Below are positions 57,967-64,000 of a DNA stretch of 64,000 bases, in pieces; the stretch's first letter is position 1; each line of letters begins with the position of its first letter. Both the position numbers and the translations under genes were made by a program. The DNA comes from Patescibacteria group bacterium. Lineage in GTDB: Bacteria > Patescibacteriota > CPR2 > UBA1875. The stretch spans positions 2,658 through 66,657 of the forward strand of contig JBGSRK010000011.1 in assembly GCA_041737595.1 (NCBI GenBank), read 5' to 3'. The notes beneath the pieces were generated by a model. That model did not search any database and was not told the DNA's origin. It was given only the letters and a program-made list of their open reading frames with translations.

Positions 57967-58374
57967 ATGAGCGGAGAGCTTTTTACTAAATCAATTTTTT
58001 CTGATAAACAGCCCTCTTTCGCTACTCATATTTCAGTAATGTCTAGACATACCCAGAATGATGGGATAACTCCTGATGTTAGAATAAAAGAAGGTGAATC
58101 TTTTGATGAGTGGATAAAAGAATTGGCCCCGCCAGATAAACTTGTTGGAGCTTATTATAGAAATGAGTTATCCTGGGATGATTATGAAATAAAGTATCTT
58201 GATTATTTAAGAACTGATGAAATTTCAACTTTTGTTAATAATTTCGCAAAAAGATGTACAAAAGAAACTATAACTTTATTATGTTCAGAGCAAAGTGCAG
58301 AGAATTGTCATCGAAGAATATTAGCAGAAGAATTGCAAAGAATAGAACCTAGTTTACAAATAATACACAAATAA
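57967..58374 (+). CDS. DUF488 (YeaO-like) family protein
   Basis: ELAPPDKL...ITLLCSEQSAENCHRRILAE. The ATG at 57967 follows the rmuC stop; the ORF-track start at 57925 overlaps rmuC. Confidence 0.6.
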   Translation: MSGELFTKSIFSDKQPSFATHISVMSRHTQNDGITPDVRIKEGESFDEWIKELAPPDKLVGAYYRNELSWDDYEIKYLDYLRTDEISTFVNNFAKRCTKETITLLCSEQSAENCHRRILAEELQRIEPSLQIIHK

Positions 58375-58438
58375 TTGTGGAAAACATTATTAAAATAAGC
58401 ACAAAATATATTTATCCACAGGCACTTAGATAAAATCA

Positions 58439-58467
58439 TTGACATATGTCTTTAGACATGATAAACT
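58439..58467 (+). promoter_or_regulatory. near-consensus sigma70 promoter driving the downstream leader and operon (membrane ORFs plus pheS/pheT)
   Basis: TTGACA at 58439-58444, 17 nt, TAAACT at 58462-58467. Confidence 0.55.
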
Positions 58468-58522
58468 GTTATCACGATATTAATTTGCCCAAGTCGTACC
58501 TTAAATCGTAAACAAGCACAGC

Positions 58523-58573
58523 GGAGACTGTGCAGATAATAAGCACCCCCCTTGTTTATTATCTGCACAGTCT
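58523..58573 (+). promoter_or_regulatory. 19-bp perfect-stem hairpin in the leader
   Basis: gagactgtgcagataataa - gcaccccccttgt - ttattatctgcacagtctc. Confidence 0.6.
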
Positions 58574-58855
58574 CTACTGTTCAAGGTTTTTAAAAAAATT
58601 CTAGGGTTAAAGTATACTCTAGGAAATTAATAAAAATCGATGGTATAGTCCAGTAAGTTGGCTATAAATTTTCTTCGGAATTTTAATAGTCAACTTACTG
58701 AACTTTACCGGAGAACGGTAAAGATATGTTGTCTACCTTAATAAGTAGATAATGCACCTACAAGATCGTAGGCAAAATTTCAACCATGACATCGGAAGAA
58801 AGATGCCACGCTCATACGAGGCGACAGCGCTCAATTATTTATTTTATGGGGCGGA

Positions 58856-59335
58856 TTGTCGCCTCTAATCATGTCTGAACATAATTATCACCAAATGGTG
58901 ATTTTTTTATATAATTATCTTTATTCTTTTGATATGATTCTATATACTATATATGAAGGGGGAAGATTGAACTGGCAGAATTTTATCCGCGGACTTATTG
59001 TTAGTACTTTGATTTTTGGAGGAGTAATCCTTTTTTTAACGTTTGCAACTTCTCCAGATGATAACCAAATGGCAATTTGGGCTTACTATTTTTCTGTTTT
59101 CTTTTTTGTTGGTGGGGTAGCATCAATTATAGGCTTTTTGTTTCGTAAATGGTGGATGCATAATGAAGTCCTATTCTCTAATGTAAAAGTTTCAATGCGA
59201 CAAGGTTTTATTTTTTCAAGTCTTATCTGTGGGATGCTTCTTCTTTCAGCTATGCAACTTCTAACATGGTGGGACGCAGTTATTATGTTAGTTTGCACGA
59301 TATTAATAGAATTATATTTTAAAACAAGGAATTAA
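58856..59335 (+). CDS. polytopic membrane protein (uncharacterised)
   Basis: About 155-160 aa with four TM helices. TTG at 58856 or ATG at 58871; the start region sits in the hairpin gaggcgaca/tgtcgcctc. Confidence 0.45.
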   Translation: MSPLIMSEHNYHQMVIFLYNYLYSFDMILYTIYEGGRLNWQNFIRGLIVSTLIFGGVILFLTFATSPDDNQMAIWAYYFSVFFFVGGVASIIGFLFRKWWMHNEVLFSNVKVSMRQGFIFSSLICGMLLLSAMQLLTWWDAVIMLVCTILIELYFKTRN

Positions 59336-59336
59336 A

Positions 59337-59711
59337 ATGCAATACAATCCAATAAATATCATTTCAGGTACATTAATACTTTATTTTGTTTCCTATCTTT
59401 TAATAACCTTTTTTACTTTTGTATATATTGGTTTTTTAAAAAATGCTCATAATAAAAAAGCCTCAAAGATATTACTCGCTACCTCACTTGTTTCTTTGGC
59501 ATGGTTGGTTTCGACTTTTGTTTCTTTAGCGGTTTCTTTTTCGAGTGGTGTATTGTTATTTTCAATTTTATCTCTTATATTTATTTTTGGTTTTAGTTAT
59601 TTATTTGCGAAAAAAACACTTAATTTTACTATTAAGGAAAATTTAATCTATTCTTTTATAGCTGCTATAATTTTTAACCCGGGCTGGTTAGTTCTCATGG
59701 GAGTTTTATAA
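59337..59711 (+). CDS. polytopic membrane protein (uncharacterised)
   Basis: 124 aa with four TM helices, tightly packed between the flanking genes. Confidence 0.45.
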   Translation: MQYNPINIISGTLILYFVSYLLITFFTFVYIGFLKNAHNKKASKILLATSLVSLAWLVSTFVSLAVSFSSGVLLFSILSLIFIFGFSYLFAKKTLNFTIKENLIYSFIAAIIFNPGWLVLMGVL

Positions 59712-60733
59712 TGGACATAAATTTAGTTGAAAAAAAATCAATCTCAGAAATAGAAGATTCTAAAAACATAAAAGATCTTTCTGCTATTGAGATTAAATAT
59801 TTAGGTAGAAAAGGAGAGTTAACCGAGCTACTGAAAAGCATTTCTACATTGCCCGTTTCTGAAAGAAAAATTTTTGGGGCTGAAACAAATCGAATTAAGA
59901 AAAAAATTGAGGAATTAATAAAAACCAAGCGTGAAACAATATTAAATTCATCAATCTCAAAATCAATAGATATAACCGCACCAGGTGAAAAATATCCAGA
60001 AGGTCATCTGCACCCAATTACTCACTTTTTGAATAAATCAATAAATGTTTTTAAATCAATGGGTTTTGAGGTTTATGAATCTCCAGAAATTGATCTTGCT
60101 TATTATAATTTTGATGCAATTAATGTTCCAAAAGATCACCCCGCTCGTGATGCATGGGATACATTTTATATTAAAGATGGTTTAGATTTATCTGATGATA
60201 AAAAAATGTTATTAAGAACCCATACTTCAAATTCACAAGTACGTGCTATGGAAGATAGAAAACCACCCGTTAGAATTGTTGTCCCAGGTCGTTGTTATCG
60301 AAATGAAAATGTCGATGCATCACATGAAACAACATTTTATCAAATGGAAGGTTTTGTAATTGATAAGGGGGTAGCATTAACTGATTTAATGGGTACTGTA
60401 CGGATGTTTGCTCAAAAAATGTTTGGTCCAGAAGTAAAAATAAGACCAAGGCCTCATTACTATCCATTTACTGAGCCAAGTATAGATTTTGATATTAGTT
60501 GTATTTTATGTGGAGGAAAAGGTTGCCCTGTTTGTAAAAATTCAGGTTGGCTTGAAGTTATGCCCTCTGGGATGATTAACCCAAAAGTTATTAAAAATAT
60601 GGGGCTTGATCCAGAAGTCTATTCTGGTTTTGCTTTCGGTTTTGGTATTGATAGACTTATGATGCTTTATCATGGGATAAATGATATTCGACTTTCTTAC
60701 AGTGGGGATTTAAGATTTTTGGAGCAGTTTTAA
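59711..60733 (+). CDS. pheS: phenylalanyl-tRNA synthetase alpha subunit
   Basis: Class II motifs LLRTHTS, RIVVPGRCYRNE and GFAFGFGIDRLMML. Confidence 0.9.
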   Translation: MDINLVEKKSISEIEDSKNIKDLSAIEIKYLGRKGELTELLKSISTLPVSERKIFGAETNRIKKKIEELIKTKRETILNSSISKSIDITAPGEKYPEGHLHPITHFLNKSINVFKSMGFEVYESPEIDLAYYNFDAINVPKDHPARDAWDTFYIKDGLDLSDDKKMLLRTHTSNSQVRAMEDRKPPVRIVVPGRCYRNENVDASHETTFYQMEGFVIDKGVALTDLMGTVRMFAQKMFGPEVKIRPRPHYYPFTEPSIDFDISCILCGGKGCPVCKNSGWLEVMPSGMINPKVIKNMGLDPEVYSGFAFGFGIDRLMMLYHGINDIRLSYSGDLRFLEQF

Positions 60734-60945
60734 TGAAAAAGCTAATAATTTTTAATTTAATAATATTCTTTATAATATTTTCAGTAATTTTTTATAAAGG
60801 TTCAATTAATGCTGACATTTGGGGGAAATGGCAAGATTTTGAAATTGTTTTCCCGATTATGATATCATTTTTCCTTGCTGTAATTTTTATGACGCCAGTT
60901 ATGTTGATTGAGTTTTTATTACAAAAAAGGAAAAATAACAAATGA
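60733..60945 (+). CDS. small membrane protein between pheS and pheT (tentative)
   Basis: 70 aa with two TM helices. ATGA overlaps at both ends. Confidence 0.35.
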   Translation: MKKLIIFNLIIFFIIFSVIFYKGSINADIWGKWQDFEIVFPIMISFFLAVIFMTPVMLIEFLLQKRKNNK

Positions 60946-63815
60946 AAATATCTTTAAATTGGTTAAAAGAATATGTTGATACAAGTAACTTAACTCCTGA
61001 GCAGATTTCTGAAAAATTGACTCTTTCGGGGTCTGAGGTGGATTCTTTACACAAGCCTGTAAATTATAAAAATATTGTAGTAGGTGAAATAAAAGAAATA
61101 ATAAAACATCCAAACGCCGATAAACTCCAAATAACAAAAACCGATGTGGGTAAAAAAAATGGTGGCATTCTTCAAATAGTTTGTGGTGCACCAAATATTA
61201 AAGTTGGTCAGAAAATCCCTGTTGCTTTAGTTGGTGCCAAATTTGATGATTTTGAGATAAAAAAAGCAAAAATTAGAGATATTGAATCATTTGGAATGCT
61301 TTGTTCCGAAAAAGAACTTGGAATATCAGATGAACATTCTGGAATTATGATTTTAAACGAAAAAGCAACTGTCGGGCAAGATTTTTCAACTTATATTGGG
61401 GCTGATTATGTTTTTGATATAGATATCACTCCAAATCGAGGTGATTGTTTATCAGTTATTGGTATTGCAAGAGAACTTGCGGCAACATTAAATAAGAATG
61501 TTATTAATCTTAAATTCCCAAACGCAACAGTTAAATCTAAAAAAACAGTCAATGTGTTAGTTAAAGAAAAAGATATATGTCCTCGTTATATTTCTAAGGT
61601 AATAGAAGGGGTCAAACTAGGTCCTTCGCCGAAATGGATGCAAGAAAGACTTATTTTAGCTGGTGTGCGGCCAATAAATAATATAGTTGATGTTGCAAAT
61701 TATGTAATGCTTGAATGGGGACAACCACTACATACTTTTGATGGAGATAAAATCAATGGGGATATTATTGTAAGAAAAGCAAAAGAGGGTGAAAAGATAA
61801 TCACTCTTGATGGGCAAGAAAGAAAATTAATTTCAAAAGATATTATTATTTGTGATAGTAAAAAACCAATTGCTCTTGCAGGTGTTATGGGTGGTCTCAA
61901 CTCTGAAATAGATGATAAAACTAAAACAGTAGTACTTGAGGCAGCTGTTTTTGATCGAGTTATGATAAGAAAAACAGCTCAACGACTAAATCTTAGGTCA
62001 GAAGCATCAAATAGATTTGAAAAAGGTATTCCATTAAATTTACCAGAAATAGCAATTGAACGAGCAGCAAGTTTATTAACAGAAATCCCAGGTGGTCTTT
62101 CGGGACAAATGCCAGTGGTAAAACCTAAGGCAGGGAAAAATATTGATGTATTATCACAATGGTTATGGATTCAACATATTGGGATGAGGTTCTCACGTTT
62201 AAAACAAATTATTGGTATAAAAATTTCAGAAGAAAAAGTAATAACCATATTATCTTCTTTAGGGTTTGAAGTGGGAAAATTTGATTTTAAAAAAGAAGCA
62301 AGAAATCAAGTTGGAAAACCATATATTCTTGGTGCTAGTTACAAAACCTATGGGGACATGGCCTTTGATTGCTCATATTTGACTGATTATATATATTCAA
62401 AAATTGGTAAATTTATAGGTTATACTTCGTTGGCTCAATATGAATTAGGAACTTCAATAAAGGATAATGAATTATTACCAGGGGATATTTTATTTATAAA
62501 AGGGCAGATAGATAAATCTGTAACCGATCATTATTTTATCCCAGACGAAAAGACTGGCTATAAAAAAATATTACTAAAAAATAAAAAAGAAGTGGGGCAT
62601 AACGCAATTTATATTGGAGATGGCAGAATAATACATGCTAAGCATTTTGAATATAATTTAAAAACAAAAAAATGGGAGAAATTAAAAGAGGGGAAAGTGA
62701 TAGAAGAAGATGTTACTGTATTTACAAAAAATCCTGATTATCTTGGTGCCAAAAGATATATTACTCCAGGGGTTGATTATTTAGCCATTACAGTTCCTTG
62801 GTGGAGATTAGATATATTAACAGAAGAAGATATATTTGAAGAAATCGCAAGAATTTATGGTTATGACAACTTACCATCAACCCTACCTAGTGGCGAGCTC
62901 CCAATATTTGAAGAAAATAATAAAATAAAAATTTCTAATGACTTAAAATTAATTCTTTCTGGGATCGGTTTTTCGGAAGTCTATAATTATTCATTTGTAT
63001 CAAAAAAACAGATTGAGCTATTTGATGGTAATACTGATAATTCATACATTATTTCAAATCCAACAAATCCTGAACAAAATTATATGAGAACTTCATTGGC
63101 CCCAATACTAATAAATAATGCTGCCACAAACCAAGATAATTTTGATAATTTTAAGATATTTGAAATCGCTCCTGTATATAAAAAATTGAAAAATAATACA
63201 TCAGAAGAACCTTTGTTTTTAGGAATGATTATAAAATCAAATAAAAAAAATAATACTTCGGCCTTTTATGAAACAAAAGGAGCAATAGATATTCTATTTA
63301 ATAAAATAAATTTAGGTAAAGCAGAATATAAGGAAGACAAAATAGAGTATTTATCAGAAGGACAAATGGCTTTTATATATATAAATAATATTAAAGTAGG
63401 TCATATCGGGATGCTAAGTGACAAAATAAAACATGAATATAAGATTAAAACACCAATGGCACTTGCTGAAATTGAAATATCAAAATTATTACCACTCTAT
63501 GGCGAAATTATTCAATATAAAGAAATATCAAAATTTCCTTTTATTGTCCGTGATATCAATATATTATTCCCCTTAACAGTAAGCGCTAAAACAATTACCC
63601 AAGAATTCTCGAAATTCCAAATTGATAAGCTTATTTCTATTGAACTTGTAGATATATTTGAGGGAGGTAGCTTGCCACCCGATAAGAAAAGTGTCACAAT
63701 TAGATTAACTTTTGGTTTGAAAGATAAAACTCTTAAAGAAGAGGAAATCGTAGAAAGCCTGAGTTTAATTACAAAAAAATTGATAAACAAAACCGGTGGT
63801 GAGATTCGTAGTTAG
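60942..63815 (+). CDS. pheT: phenylalanyl-tRNA synthetase beta subunit carrying an inserted NlpC/P60-like domain within B5
   Basis: tRNA-binding N-domain, B3/4, B5 (ISEEKVITILSSLGFEV ... ITVPWWRLDILTEEDIFEEIARIYGYDNLP), B6/7 and the C-terminal FDX-ACB-like domain. About 166 aa are inserted between the B5 halves, carrying DCSYLTDYIY, PGDILFI and GHNAIYIGDGRIIHA. Confidence 0.9.
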   Translation: MKISLNWLKEYVDTSNLTPEQISEKLTLSGSEVDSLHKPVNYKNIVVGEIKEIIKHPNADKLQITKTDVGKKNGGILQIVCGAPNIKVGQKIPVALVGAKFDDFEIKKAKIRDIESFGMLCSEKELGISDEHSGIMILNEKATVGQDFSTYIGADYVFDIDITPNRGDCLSVIGIARELAATLNKNVINLKFPNATVKSKKTVNVLVKEKDICPRYISKVIEGVKLGPSPKWMQERLILAGVRPINNIVDVANYVMLEWGQPLHTFDGDKINGDIIVRKAKEGEKIITLDGQERKLISKDIIICDSKKPIALAGVMGGLNSEIDDKTKTVVLEAAVFDRVMIRKTAQRLNLRSEASNRFEKGIPLNLPEIAIERAASLLTEIPGGLSGQMPVVKPKAGKNIDVLSQWLWIQHIGMRFSRLKQIIGIKISEEKVITILSSLGFEVGKFDFKKEARNQVGKPYILGASYKTYGDMAFDCSYLTDYIYSKIGKFIGYTSLAQYELGTSIKDNELLPGDILFIKGQIDKSVTDHYFIPDEKTGYKKILLKNKKEVGHNAIYIGDGRIIHAKHFEYNLKTKKWEKLKEGKVIEEDVTVFTKNPDYLGAKRYITPGVDYLAITVPWWRLDILTEEDIFEEIARIYGYDNLPSTLPSGELPIFEENNKIKISNDLKLILSGIGFSEVYNYSFVSKKQIELFDGNTDNSYIISNPTNPEQNYMRTSLAPILINNAATNQDNFDNFKIFEIAPVYKKLKNNTSEEPLFLGMIIKSNKKNNTSAFYETKGAIDILFNKINLGKAEYKEDKIEYLSEGQMAFIYINNIKVGHIGMLSDKIKHEYKIKTPMALAEIEISKLLPLYGEIIQYKEISKFPFIVRDINILFPLTVSAKTITQEFSKFQIDKLISIELVDIFEGGSLPPDKKSVTIRLTFGLKDKTLKEEEIVESLSLITKKLINKTGGEIRS

Positions 63816-64000
63816 GGGTAATTATAAAAAATATAGATTCAATTACATCTCCATCTAAAAAAGAAAAACCTTTAGATAATAAAATAACAGCTATAAATTT
63901 TAAAAAAGATAGATTTATTAGTTTTTGGAATTCAGAATTAAAAATTACACCCTTAAAAAAAGTTATCAAAAAGAAGAATAAACCTAAATTAATAAAGAAT

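Noticed and set aside
58470-58870. T-box riboswitch upstream of pheS (also checked for the thrS leader, 9543-9717)
   Set aside because: There is no AGGGUGGNACCGCG-like T-box sequence and no recognisable specifier-loop or antiterminator arrangement. It is kept only as an unclassified structured leader.
62276-62775. Intein inserted in PheT
   Set aside because: There is no N-terminal Cys/Ser splice-junction block and no C-terminal HN followed by Cys/Ser/Thr. The motifs match NlpC/P60 (DCS...H.GIYIG...IHA) instead.

Overview
This is a low-G+C bacterial chromosomal segment (roughly one-third G+C by eye). It is densely packed with small, mostly housekeeping genes: infC-rpmI-rplT, RNase P RNA, thrS, malic enzyme, a MiaB-like gene and miaA, murT-gatD, rpmB, rnhA, tmRNA plus smpB, argS, a UvrD/Cas4-like helicase-nuclease, pyrG, ppa, a Clp-type AAA+ ATPase, rmuC and pheS/pheT. 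It also carries Gram-positive-type wall chemistry (MurT/GatD, CapA, LysM and peptidoglycan-binding proteins) and very large surface proteins. The gene content and style fit a reduced-genome Patescibacteria/CPR-like organism; that lineage call is inference only. Three RNA genes absent from the ORF track are visible: RNase P RNA (2955-3373, minus), tRNA-Val(GAC) (8031-8107) and tmRNA (35476-35862, minus). A 59-aa rpmB also falls below the ORF cutoff. The most notable accessory and unusual features are listed here. (1) A small GIY-YIG nuclease gene is framed by about 118-bp direct repeats built from palindromic modules, and the same modules recur upstream of a giant surface-protein gene. (2) A MITE-like element with 16-bp terminal inverted repeats and a 10-bp target-site duplication lies at 37855-38003, with a degenerate inverted copy at 56738-56878. 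(3) A conspicuously G+C-rich two-gene island sits next to the 3' end of the tmRNA gene. (4) The 3' end of tRNA-Val is tandemly duplicated (58-bp unit, about 2.4 copies). (5) An NlpC/P60 papain-like peptidase domain is inserted inside the B5 domain of PheT. (6) Several genes have a strong Shine-Dalgarno followed by ATA/ATT rather than a canonical start codon. (7) A consensus sigma70-like promoter and a long structured leader precede the operon containing pheST. (8) Two PucR/CdaR-type regulators sit in tandem. (9) A membrane-spanning PP2C-like (possibly pseudo)phosphatase sensor is present. No CRISPR array, integrase, transposase or rRNA was recognised.
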